A stretch of DNA of 64,000 bases from Candidatus Omnitrophota bacterium (lineage in GTDB: Bacteria > Omnitrophota > Omnitrophia > Omnitrophales > Aquincolibacteriaceae), in the NCBI GenBank assembly GCA_903884815.1, contig CAISGE010000002.1, forward strand, positions 109,955 through 173,954, written 5' to 3'. The notes below the pieces were generated by a model, which was not told where the DNA came from, searched no databases, and saw only the letters and a list, made by a program, of their open reading frames with translations. Of this stretch, positions 46,607-58,300 are shown piece by piece; the stretch's first letter is position 1, and each line of letters opens with the position of its first letter. A program made the position numbers and the translations under genes.

Positions 46607-48379
46607 TCAGGATGGAAAGAATACCGAGAAGCGCGCCCCTTGGCCGAGGGTGCTTTGGCAGGAGGCGTGGCCGCCATGAGCTTCCATAATGTGCTTCACG
46701 ATCGCAAGCCCCAATCCCGTTCCTCCCAGCTCTTTCGAATGAGACTTATCCGCTCGAAAAAATCGCTCGAAAACCCGTTCTAAGGAGTCCTCGGGGATCC
46801 CGGTCCCCGTATCTTCGATCGTCACCGTGATTCCCTTCGATTCTTGCTCAGACCAAACAGTGATCCGTCCTTCCGGTTTGTTGAATTTGATCGCGTTGTC
46901 GAGAAGGTTCACGAATACCTGATGGATCTTGTCTCTGTCGCCGGACACCTCGAGCGGCTTGCCTGACAGACGGTTTTCCACCGAGATCCTTCTCTCCTGA
47001 AGCCGTAGCTTGAATCTCTCCAGGATCATGGGCAGTTCCGAAGCCAGGTCGACCGTCTCTTTTCTAAGGAGGGCCACGCCCTGCTCAATCTCTCCGAGGG
47101 TCAAGACGTCTTCTACAAGACGCCCAAGACGGCCGGTCTCTTCGGCGACGATCTTGAGGAACTTTTCGCGTGTGGCCGGGTCTTTCGCGGCGCCGTCCAG
47201 CAAGGTTTCGATAAAGCCCTTGATCGTTGTAAGAGGCGTCCGGAGCTCATGGGAGACGTTGGCGACGAATTCCCTGCGGATATTCTCGAGGCGCCGTAGC
47301 TCCGTCATATCATGAAAGACCAGGATGCCGCCGATGTCGCGTACATGGGACTCGAGAACGATGACGTTCACGCGTAGGATCTTTTTGATTTTTCCGGAAA
47401 GCTGGATTTCTCCGGAGACGGTTTTCTGGTCCCGGAAGGCCTGGTCCACGATCTGTTCGAGCAGGGGATGCCGCGTGATCTCGATCAGTCCCTTGCTTTG
47501 TGCGCCGGCGGCAGAGAATTCGAAGATCTTTTCCGCGGCGGGGTTCGCCATGACGCACTGTTTCCGCCGGCTGATCGCGATCACGCCTTCGGTCATATTG
47601 CTCAGGATGACCGAAAGTTTTTCTTTTTCGGTTTCCAGGTCTTCTATCCGCGAACGCAGCGTCGCGGCCATCTGGTTCATCGTGACCGCGAGCATCTTGA
47701 GCTCATCCCGGCCATCCATCAGGATCTTTTCAGACCAGTCCTCCCGGGCGTAGCGCTCAGCCACGGAGGTGATGCGCCGGATACGTTTTGTGAGCTGGTG
47801 GCTGAAGATCATTCCGGCGCCCACGACGACGAGGATGCCGAGAAGCGCGGTGAATATGACGGGCCGGCTGACGGAGGACAGGATCTCATCAACGCGCGTG
47901 ACCGGCATCGACGCGCGCACGACCCCCAGGACTCTTTCACGGTCCAGCACGGGGAGGGCAACATAAAGCATCCGGGTTCTGACGGTCATGCTGTAGCGGA
48001 TGCTTATGCCCGTTTCCTTCCTGAGCGCAGCCGCCACTTCCGGCCGGGTCGCGTGATTGTCCATTTTCGAGAGTCCTTCCACGGTCTCGCTGGAGTCCGC
48101 CAGGATCGCTCCTTCGGGATCTATGACGGTGATGCGCAGCCGGATCACTTCAGATAGTTTTTTGATCTCGGATTGAAGACGGGGCACGTCGCCCAGCAGG
48201 GGCGTCGCGATCTCACGGATCAGTGTCGTCTGATGCGTCAGGGAGCTCTGCAGCTGTTGGAGGTCGCGCTGCTGGAGATAACGGGAAAGCGTCCAGTCGG
48301 TTACGAACAGGACGAGAACGAAAACGATGCCATAAAGCGCGAGAAGGCGCTTGGCGAAACCGGTTTGGAGGAATGCCAT
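46607..48379 (-). CDS. phoR: PhoR-like sensor kinase (HAMP-PAS-HisKA-HATPase)
   Basis: NHATRPEV, RREFVANVSHELRTPLT, FERFFRADK, GGTGLGLAIVKH; context of pit and phoB. Confidence 0.88.
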   Translation of the reverse strand: MAFLQTGFAKRLLALYGIVFVLVLFVTDWTLSRYLQQRDLQQLQSSLTHQTTLIREIATPLLGDVPRLQSEIKKLSEVIRLRITVIDPEGAILADSSETVEGLSKMDNHATRPEVAAALRKETGISIRYSMTVRTRMLYVALPVLDRERVLGVVRASMPVTRVDEILSSVSRPVIFTALLGILVVVGAGMIFSHQLTKRIRRITSVAERYAREDWSEKILMDGRDELKMLAVTMNQMAATLRSRIEDLETEKEKLSVILSNMTEGVIAISRRKQCVMANPAAEKIFEFSAAGAQSKGLIEITRHPLLEQIVDQAFRDQKTVSGEIQLSGKIKKILRVNVIVLESHVRDIGGILVFHDMTELRRLENIRREFVANVSHELRTPLTTIKGFIETLLDGAAKDPATREKFLKIVAEETGRLGRLVEDVLTLGEIEQGVALLRKETVDLASELPMILERFKLRLQERRISVENRLSGKPLEVSGDRDKIHQVFVNLLDNAIKFNKPEGRITVWSEQESKGITVTIEDTGTGIPEDSLERVFERFFRADKSHSKELGGTGLGLAIVKHIMEAHGGHASCQSTLGQGARFSVFFPS

Positions 48380-48380
48380 C

Positions 48381-49070
48381 TTATTCTCCGTCGAAGCGGT
48401 AGCCGACACTTTTTACGGTTACGATACGGGGGGATTCCTTCCCGAGTTTTTTCCGCAACTGCCCAATGTGCATGTCGACGGTCCGGGTTTCGATATTGAC
48501 CGAATTGTCATAACCCCAAACCCGCTCCAGAAGAAATTCCCGGGAAAGCACGCGGCCGCTTGCTTCCATCAGTGTTTTCAGCAGTTCAAACTCTTTGGCG
48601 GTCAGCTCGACAGGTTTCTCTTTGAGGCGGAGCTCGTGCTTGGTGAGGTCGAGTTCGAGCGTGCCGGCCCTCATCATCTCCACCTTGGGCCTATCCTTTG
48701 CCCGGCGCAAGACCGCCTTGACGCGCGCGACAAGTTCCCTCGGGCTGAAAGGCTTTGTCATGTAGTCATCGGCGCCGAGTTCAAGGCCCACGATCTTGTC
48801 GGATTCCGTGCCCTTAGCGGTAAGCATGATGATGGGGATCGTGCGGGTCTTGTCGTTCTGCTTGAGGGCTTTGCACACATCAAGGCCGCTCATTTCCGGA
48901 AGCATGAGATCCAAAACCACAAGCGCCGGTTTATCTTTGAGCGCCGACTCAAGACCCGTTGTGCCCTTGGCGGCCGTGAGAACGCGAAAACCGTCCTGCT
49001 CGAGATTGTATTTTACAAGCTCGGCAATGTTTTTTTCATCTTCAATGAGGAGGATCGTTTCGTTTGCCAT
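48381..49070 (-). CDS. phoB: PhoB/PhoP OmpR-family response regulator
   Basis: DLMLPE, GADDYMTKPFSPRELVAR, RTVDMHI..LR.KL. Confidence 0.88.
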   Translation of the reverse strand: MANETILLIEDEKNIAELVKYNLEQDGFRVLTAAKGTTGLESALKDKPALVVLDLMLPEMSGLDVCKALKQNDKTRTIPIIMLTAKGTESDKIVGLELGADDYMTKPFSPRELVARVKAVLRRAKDRPKVEMMRAGTLELDLTKHELRLKEKPVELTAKEFELLKTLMEASGRVLSREFLLERVWGYDNSVNIETRTVDMHIGQLRKKLGKESPRIVTVKSVGYRFDGE

Positions 49071-49140
49071 AAGTTTTCGGAAAGCATTCTATCACAAAGA
49101 ATCCAGCCCGAAGAAGACTTAAGGTCCTCCCTCAGATGTT

Positions 49141-49259
49141 TTTACACATCCTTTACATAGCGTGCTTAAGCCGGCTGCGGTTCCGCTCAGGTCGATAGCG
49201 GTGGGAAACACGTCCAGGCCTGTTCCGCGGCAGCGAATCTGTTTTACGTTCAATTTACA
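49141..49259 (+). promoter_or_regulatory. Two Pho-box-like direct repeat pairs (11-bp period)
   Basis: TTTACA-N5-TTTACA at 49141-49157; TTTACG-N5-TTTACA at 49243-49259. Confidence 0.6.
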
Positions 49260-49349
49260 CCATCATCAAGGGGTTTTTTCACGGCAAGGATAGCATTGTC
49301 ATAGAAAGAAAAACATTTTTAAAAAGAATTCAGGAAGAGGACTCGGTCG

Positions 49350-52300
49350 ATGAAAAACTTGAGAAGAAAATCCAGGGCTAAACCAAAGGAGATTTTCCAC
49401 TCGTCGGCGATCTCAAAACGGGCTCTCGAGTTTTTTCCACGAATCATCAGTTTTTTTCTGATCCTAGTTTTTGTATGGAGTCAGGTTCTTCCCGCGGATA
49501 CCGCGTGGGCCTTTCAGGAAATGACAGCTGGATTCATGAAAGCCCCGGCGTATGAAAGGATCGTTTTCCCGGATTTTGCCCGCGTGGAATGGGCGAATAC
49601 CTCTGTGAACGTGCCGCGCGGCGTGGTGTATCTTTTCCAGGACGCCCACACCTCTCTCTTGGCGCAGCAAAGAATTACCCAGACGCTTCTCGAACTCCGG
49701 AAGCAAGGCGCGATCGATGCCGTTCTTGTAGAAGGCGCTGCGGGCAGGTTGACCGCTGACCGCTTCGACGCCCACCCCGGGCTCAAAAAAACCCCCGAAC
49801 TGATTGAGAACCTCGAGAAGCAAGGCTATCTCCATGGAGCTGCGGCCTTCTATGTTTTACGTCCCGACACGACCGTGGAAGGTCTCGAAACACCGGGGCT
49901 TTACCGTGAAAACCGCCAGGCCTTCCGCGATGTCTTTGCATTCCGCGACAGGATCGATCCGGTGACGGAGCGCTTCAAAGTGGAATGGCAGCGTTGGCTC
50001 CAAGGTCACATGGATGAAGCGTCCCGGACTTTTTTCCTCAATGCCGCTTCCCGGCACACCGACGCTATCGAGCCGGCGTATTTCCAGCAGCTCCTCCGCA
50101 TGGCTTCCGAGAAAGCCGGGATCTCCTGGAGTATCGGGGATCAGGCCGAGTGGCCGCAGCTGATCCGGGTCCAGCGCATGCTTGAGATCCAACCCAGGCT
50201 CCGGATGGATGAAGCCCGCGCCGCATTCAAGGATCTGAGGAAAATCCTTCCGGGCTCATTCAAGGAAAAGCTCGATTTCATTCAAATGAGGATTGACGGA
50301 GGCCTCAAAGGAACGCTTGTACAGGAAGATGCCACCCTCTACCGTGATTTTGCAGCGCAGCTCATGACGGAACTTGTGAAGCAAAAGCGCCCGATGCTTT
50401 CTTATGGAGCTTTTTATGACTGGCTGGCCTGCGAGACATTCCGCCAGGAGATTCAGGCCGAGGATCTTGCCCTTGAGATCGAAAGGCTCGAGGACAGGAT
50501 CTGGAAGGCCTGGTTCCAGAACCCGGAAGACCGCGGTTGGATGGCGCTTGGAAGGCTCGGAGTTCTGCTTGCGAAGGCCAGCCGCCTGGAGCTTTCACGC
50601 GGAGAGGTTCGTCAATTCTCCAGGGCGCTCGAGGCCAAAGCCTTCGAAGCCTGGATCGGGAAGTTCCTGCCGGAGGAAAAAGAGACTTTTGAGAAATTCA
50701 GCAGCGGAGTTCTGTCCTTCTACAAATTAGCAGAAAGCCGTGAGCAGGGATTTGTCGCGCGCCTTTCGGAAACGCTCGAAGCATTATCCTCAAAGAATGC
50801 CAGAACTCCCCACGTGGCCGTCGTGACCGGCGGCTATCACAAGATCGGGCTCCTTAATAATCTGAAGTCCCAGGGGCTGCGTGTGGCGGTCGTGACTCCG
50901 GTATTAGAGCGGGTGGATCAGAACGTCGCCTATCTGTATAGAATGCTGGAAACCACGCCGGAAGCTTCGACGCTTTCGATAGTTCCTGCCGCGGTGGTAG
51001 GTTCCTCCGAATTGCGCGGGCTGGTAGGCGACGCGAATGCCGAGCGAAGCGAAAGGAGAGTGGCGAAGATCTTGGACGAAGCTTCTACCCCCGGGACTCC
51101 TGCTGCTACGGTTCGCAAAGCCGTTCCCACAGAGTTCCGGTGGAAATCCTGGATCCGCTGGATACTTACGGCTTTCATTCTGTTGTTTTCTTCTCGAGGC
51201 CTGAGTCAGGAAGCTCCGGCATCTCATAAGGCCGAACTGGCGGAGTTGAACCGGATCGCCGGACAGGGTTTTAACGTCAATAGGCCCCCGGTAGCGGAGC
51301 GGCCTGCCATGCTTTTTACTTCGGGACGACTCAATTCCCAGAGTTTTGTTTGGGGAAAAGGACTCGGTGCTGGCGGGAAGAACCTTGGAGAATTGGCGCG
51401 TATGAATCCGGAAGCGCGCCGGGTTGCGATCCAGGCACTTTTACAGAACGAGCTACGCGGCCGGTATCTGTCGATCGGATTGGATATTAAGACTTCTTCG
51501 AGCAGCACTAAAGCTACCGATCTGATCCATCCCAGCCCTCTCATGCTTGGATTTTTAAAACTGAGGGCGGCTACGGAGGCTTTGGAATGGCTTTTGTCGG
51601 CGGCTCCCCAGAATGCCGCGGATGAGGCCTACGCCCAAGGGTGGCGGCTGGAGTGGGAAGCGCAAGTCAAGAATCTCGAAGCTCAGGCCTATGCGACAGT
51701 GATCCAGATCCAGAAACTTGGCGCCAAGATCGATTTGAATACAAGAATCCTGAAATTGCTGGAGATATCCTTACCGCAGGCCCGGGTCCGGGAAGATCCC
51801 AAAAACAGGCTGGAAAGTCCCGGGACGGCTTTAAACGTCGAGATGAAGCTCCGTATGCTCCAGGTCAGAACAAGAGATCTGATGCGGCAGCGGCAGACCC
51901 TCCGGGCGGAGCTAGGATTTTTGCTCGGGGTTTCGGCTGAAGCGATCAGCCTTGACAGTGTGGGACGTCTCCCGGTTCCTCTTCTTCCTATCTCATGGAA
52001 AAACAATCAGCGGGAAAATTTTTCAAATGCCGTTCTCGGATCTATTCCGGCAAGTTTGCGTCTGAGGTCCCGTGAAATGTTGGCTCTCGGGGCCAGCGAG
52101 GCAGCGACGGCGGAAGGACGCCGGGGTTGGTTCCATCTTCCGCAGGTCAGGATCTCCGGTCTTACGGCGGAGCAAGCCGGTGGAGAGGCTGTCCCGGGAT
52201 GGACCCCGGAGCGAAGAAAAGCCAATTTGGAGGGGGCCGATCAAGAGGCAGCCTTGGAGGTTGCTCAGGCTCAAGTAGCGCTTCAAGCCAGAAAAGGACT

Positions 52301-55300
52301 CGATGGAATATGGATGGGGCTCGACCAGGAACAAGCCTCGGAAGAGATGCTCGCGAAGTACTGGGCGGATTGGCAACAGAACTCGCTCACATTTCATTCC
52401 TCCAATGCCGTGCAAATGAATCTCCTGGGGAATATGCAGGAACTCGGCGGGCAGCTGATCGATGCCCGGGTCAGCGTCAGCGAAACTGTCGTAGGGTTTG
52501 TGGGCCTGGGGATCCTGGACCCCGCTACACTCGGGGCCGCCCCGATCAGTCCGAATCTCTATTCCCGTGGTTCTTCGCCGCGGTCCGAGGTCCGGACATG
52601 GATCAAGACGGTTTTTCAGAAGCTGCCGCTCCTTTTCATGGCAGGATTCGCCTTGTTTCTGGCGTCTTGCGCGACGGGGCCCCGGAATGTTATGCCGCCT
52701 CACGCGGCCAAGATGGAGTGGAAAGCCCCCGCGGCCCCGCGGCACATGAATATCGAGAAGTATAAGGAGCCCGCGCTTCCCTTGACCGGGGGTGTTTCTG
52801 ACGGCTTTTATGGGGACTTGCTTCCGCCCAAAGCTGACGCCGAAACGAAAGCCAGGATCCTGGCATCAACACCCCTCGCGGAAACCTCAAAGCAGGCGAA
52901 GCAAGACGCTCCAAAAGAAATTAAAGTGGAGGGGCCCGGGAAAAACGCTTGGGATGCATCGGATACGGTGAAGACGGCTCCGGAGAAACCCGCCGCGGCT
53001 CCGAAGAGCGAAACGGCCGAAAATGCGGCCCTTATCAAGACCCTCCTCGATACCGCGAAGGTGCTGGATGCCTATCATTTCCAGCCCGGAGAAACGCGTG
53101 ACGCGCTGCTTCAGGGAGAGCCGATCAAGAAATTCCAGGACGCCCTCGTCGCTGCGGCGCCTCTCCTGGCAGGACTGGACTTCGTCGACGATCCACTCCA
53201 CACGAAAAATCGCGGCAGCTTTGGAAAATACACCTACGTCTGGCTGAAGAAGGTTATGGGAGACGCACCTCAGATTCTGGCGCTCACGAGCGGAACACCT
53301 GCTGAGACAAAGACGGCGCAAGCTCCCGCTCCGAAGGCGGAGGAGCATCTTTCAAAAGGGAAGACCCACGAAACAGAGGCTCAGCGCGATGAGGCCATTA
53401 ACAAGGCCGTCGCGGCGGCCGCTTCGCCCTCCACCGTGAATCCTCCGGCGATGCCTGAAAAAATCAAGACGGAAAAAACTTCTCCGGCCGGAATTCCCGC
53501 GGTGGCGGAAACTCCGACTCCATCCGCCCAGCGTAAAACGCCCCTGGCTCAAACGCCTCCCAAGGCGGAAGATCTTTCCGGGGATTCCGACAGTGATTTT
53601 GTTTTTGAGATGCCCGAAATAAAAATGCATTCGGCCAAACTGGGGGACGGCCCCTCCGGAGGCTTTGTCATCAAAGCTTTTTCGGCGGGAGAAGTCAGGA
53701 CAAGTGACAGCGGGGGGACGCAGACCTGGAGCATCGAAGATCCCATTCGGGCCAACGCGATCAAGAATCTTTTCGATCTTCTCAAAACCGATCTGGGGCA
53801 ATTGGCCGGCATGGATTCTCAATCCTGGGCTCCATATGAATTGCTTATGCAAAAGCTGAAAGCTGCAGAGGAGAAAATACAGCTGGCGCGCGCGCTGCAG
53901 AACGACGAAGAACTCGGGCATCTTGAAACGGGCCGCTTCGTGGAGACCGGGCATGTCTATGCCGAGGCGGGTTCGGTCAATGCCGGGGACCCTGTCATCG
54001 AGGCATTCCCGGATAGCGTGGTGGGCGTTGAAACAACGGTGCCTCTTTGGACGTTGATCGGCCACCAGCTCCATCCTCTGATCAATGAAAAGCCGGCGGC
54101 GATCCTTGGCTCCATCCAGGTGCTGAAGATTGATCCGACGGGGAACCCGGAGATCGATCCGAAAGGCGGCCCGACGGCCGTCATTCACTTTGCAGCTCAA
54201 CCCGCTGACGGGGGCTCGATTGAAAAAGATGCGGAATTCAACGTGGAATTGCGCTTTGCTAAAACCGGCGGGATCCAGGAAGGTGAGCCTGTTAATGTGG
54301 AGCTCGGCGATTCCGGCACGCTGACTCCGGCCGCAAGAGCCCAAAAGGATGTGCCCGCACCCGAGGATGGTTTTTTTAAGGTAGAAGGTCCCGGCCATTA
54401 TCAGGGAAATGTCCATCTGGCTTCCCGGCGCGACGGGGCCCAGGTGCTGGCGAATGAAAGCTGGCAGTCTCTTTTAAGCGACGCGCAGAGTCTTGTCAAC
54501 GGGGCCGCAGAGATGTTGCAGCGTATGAGCGATTCAGGCGTCGGGTCCGATAAAGTGCAGGCGTTTCAAAATCGTGTGCATGATCTTTCCCAGATTTTGA
54601 CAGGCATCGGACAATCGACTGTCAGGGGTGGCAACGGATTTTTTTCGCCGGACCCGCAGGCGACAGCCCTTCCCGCTGCAAAAGGCGCCTCTCTCGGAAC
54701 AGTTTATTCCGACAGCGTTTTTATAGGTTCGAAGACGGATCCGGGGGAGATGTTCATGGTTCCCAAGGGCTCCGCCAAGGTGGGCGATCTTGTGAGGGTC
54801 ACCGGAGGCGGCGAGGTATTAACGGGGAAAGTTTCGAAGATCATTGAGGAGATCCCTGCCGAGCCGAGAGATGCCTACAAGGATCTGGACGCGGTGGTTG
54901 TTGAGGTCGAGTCGCCGGCTTCGCAGATCATCGTCTGGCCGAAAGGATTGGACCTGCCGCTTTTCGGCGAAATTCTCCGGAAGATCCGCGAACAGTCTCA
55001 GGAAACCTCCCAATATTCTCCGGAAGGGGCAGGGTTCCATTGGATCGCGGGGCCTGCGGGATTCGGGGAGGAATGCTTGCTGGCCTCGGTGGGCAAGAAG
55101 GCTACGGGAACACCTTCAGTCGCACCTTCTATCGGACCCAGGTCCGCCCAGTTGGCTTCAACGGATTCAAGGCCTATCGTCACTCTTCCGGATCCTTCAA
55201 GCCCCCGAGTTCGCGAGATTACGGCGGAACACAGTCCCGGACGGCAGATTGAAAAGTTTAATAAAGAGAAAGGATCCATGACGGACCCGGAATTCAGGGA

Positions 55301-58300
55301 GCTATTTGAACGGGGCTCGGTGCCGCTGGTCTTTGAAATGAGCCGGTTCTTGCTTGCTGAAAAACATGATTGGGCTCCGGCGATGGACTCGCTCCGTGCG
55401 CTAAGCGGACATGCCGGGAAAGACGGTGCCGATGTCCAGCGGGCGGGTGCCATTGAACTAGCGATCGTTTCGGTTCTCTATCAGCGGCCGGCGAATCTTT
55501 CTTCGGATCTCATGCGTCTCAAAGTACAATCCCGGGAATATCCGGAAGCCCAGGCGTTCATCGATTCCGTTTTCCTGTATATTCTTCAAAAAGAGGGGAT
55601 TCATTCCCAGGCATCACAAGCTTTCCTGGGTTCCGGATATTTCACTCTCGAGGATATGAAGCCCGTTGCGCGCGCAGCGCGGCATTCCGCCGATCCTCTT
55701 TATAAAACCTTGGGAGCGCAGCTGGATACCTTCCGGAGGCATGAAGCTGCCGCGCGGGAAATTTTAGATCTTAAACTTACGCCGGATGTTGCGGCTGCCA
55801 CGAGCAGCGTGGATCCCACCAATCCTTTCAAAAACCTTTCTCCTGAAAAGAAACGCGCCGCGCATTTTACCCAGGCGGTCCGGAGGGACGATGTCCTTAT
55901 GCTTCAATCGGGCCGGCTGACCTCCGACGCGGGATTGGGCGCTGCCCAGATCGATCCCTCGACGGCCGCTCAGTTGAAGCAGACAAACACAAACGAAGCC
56001 TCCTCCGGTTCGGAATTCAAATTATATCCGGGCAGTTCCGCGACGGGCGCGACGCTTGGCGAATGGGACACCGTGGGATTATTGCAACGGCAGGAAATGG
56101 TCCGCGAATGGGCGTCCCAGGGCCGGTTTTATGATCTCACACAAGCCTTGCGAGGGCTTGGTTCCAGGCAGCCGGTCCTGACAGACATGATCCTCAAGAC
56201 GCTTTCAGCTTCCCCGGAAGGCCGGCTGGCGCTCTATGCCGCAGTTTTAAACGGAACCGTCACCCTTCCGTTCAGTCAGGCCTACCTTTCCAATTTGATC
56301 AAAGATGCCGCGCAGTTCACGGATCTGAATCAGTCCGGGACATCGGAGGAAAAGAAAGACGGAACTCTTTCCCCTCGCTCCCCCAGGTTCATTTACATAG
56401 AGGCATTGCTGCAATCGCTTAAAAAGAACAGTGCGGATAGTGCGAACAGTGCGGGCAGCGCGGACCGTAATGCCGTCTTGAGAGCTTTGGCGGGACTTGT
56501 TCCGCACGGTCATTCCCTTAGAGCTTTGGAAGGAAATCTGAAGGGTGTTTCCGCGGATACAGACCGTATCCTCCAAGGGGTTCCGGAAGAAGACCGCGAA
56601 GGACTACGAAAGGCTGCCATAAATGAAGAAGGGCGCCGCGCGGTGAGGGCCGGAGCCAATGCCGTTTTTAAAAGCAAACATTCCGAAGCTTTGGGCGAGG
56701 CGCGTCTCGGATCGATACAGACGGATCTTGGCATCTTGCTTGCGGATCTTGAGCTTTCGCGTGCTGGGGTTGGGTCTGTGACGGCTTCGTCGGCCGGAGA
56801 GTTCATCGAAACGTCCCTTTCGAAATGGAGAGCTTCCGAGAGTCTCAAAGACGATGTCCGGAAAGCGTCGGGGGAAGCGTTGGGATACATGAACGGGCAG
56901 GCGCGTCCGGACTTTGACCCCAAGAAAGATTACTACATGGGGGCTAATTTTATGGCCTGGCTCAGCTGGGGATTGGGCGGTCTCGGATTTTATTTCGTCG
57001 GATGGCTTATGAACATGTACCGGTTAGCGCACAAGCGCGAGAAATTGCTGGATAGTCGCGTCGAGAAGGGCCTTCCTGTGCACTCTTTCCCGTCGCTTGA
57101 GGAGTGGCGCCTGGAATTTCAAGGGCAGATCAACTCCTCTGAATTTGTCGGGTATGAAAACCTCAAGGACGCACTTCAGCGGTGGATGAATATGCTGGCG
57201 ACGGAAGGCCCTTTGTCCGCGGAAAATCTGGCAGGGATGCGCGTGGAAGCCGAGCGGATCTCCAGGGACCATAAACTGAAACTTGGTGAAACCATGCTTC
57301 GTCGTTACTGGCACAATGACCGCATCCATAACAGGAACATGATGCATATGGTCGCAGAGCTTTCGATGCTGACTATGGAGCGGTTGATTCATGAGGGAGC
57401 GGGTCGTTCCCGGAATTCGGATTTCATTTTTCACAGAGATCTTGCGCTCAAGATGCTTTTCCTGAAAAGGCTTCTTTTCACGATGAAAAATCTCCGATCG
57501 AACCGGGCTCTGAATGTTATTGAACCGCTTCTAGTTAATGACAAGGAGATCGACCGGATCTCAAGAAAATTACTCAAACATGAAAGAAGAGGCTGGAAAT
57601 ATATCGTTCGCCCCCAATGGGCGCTCAATTGGATGAGAGGAAAACATAATGAGCTCGCTTTTCAGTCCCTGGATGAATACGCGAGGGTTGCAGAGCGGCT
57701 GGGGGAACGGGTGGATCTTCCGGGGCTGAGAACGATTCTCGGGGAGGTCCTGGATACAGAGAAGCCTATGCAGGAGACCCGGCTGACGACAGATGACAAT
57801 GATGCTTTTAATGTTCACCGAAGGCTGAAATCAAGAATGCTTAATCTTGTGTCCCGCATTATGGGGATTCCCGGACTTTTGGCTTTGGGGATCAGTATTC
57901 ATACCCTGGGCTTCGGAGTTTTGACCTGCATGTTGTTCGTGGTGAACATCGGTCTTTTATTGCCCTGGATCAACTATCTCGCTCACGTCATTGGCAATAT
58001 GAGCGGTGCGGAAGGGCGTCACTTCACCGAAGGGATCCTGAAGCTTCAAAGACTGAAGATGGCATTTGACGCTGCTTCGCCGGAGGAAGATGACGCTACC
58101 GAAGTCGATGGCGATGAGTTTCTTCCTGACAATATTTTCCAGTTTGAACCGGATCCGTCAGGAATGGTCCCGGCGCTGGCCCGGGTCCAAAATTCATCCG
58201 AAACCGGAGATCCTGGCCGCGCAGAATCCCGCGTGCCGGTCACGCTTATGGCCAATTCGATCAAGACGGAAATGAAAGGGAAAAAAGAATATTGGGTGGC

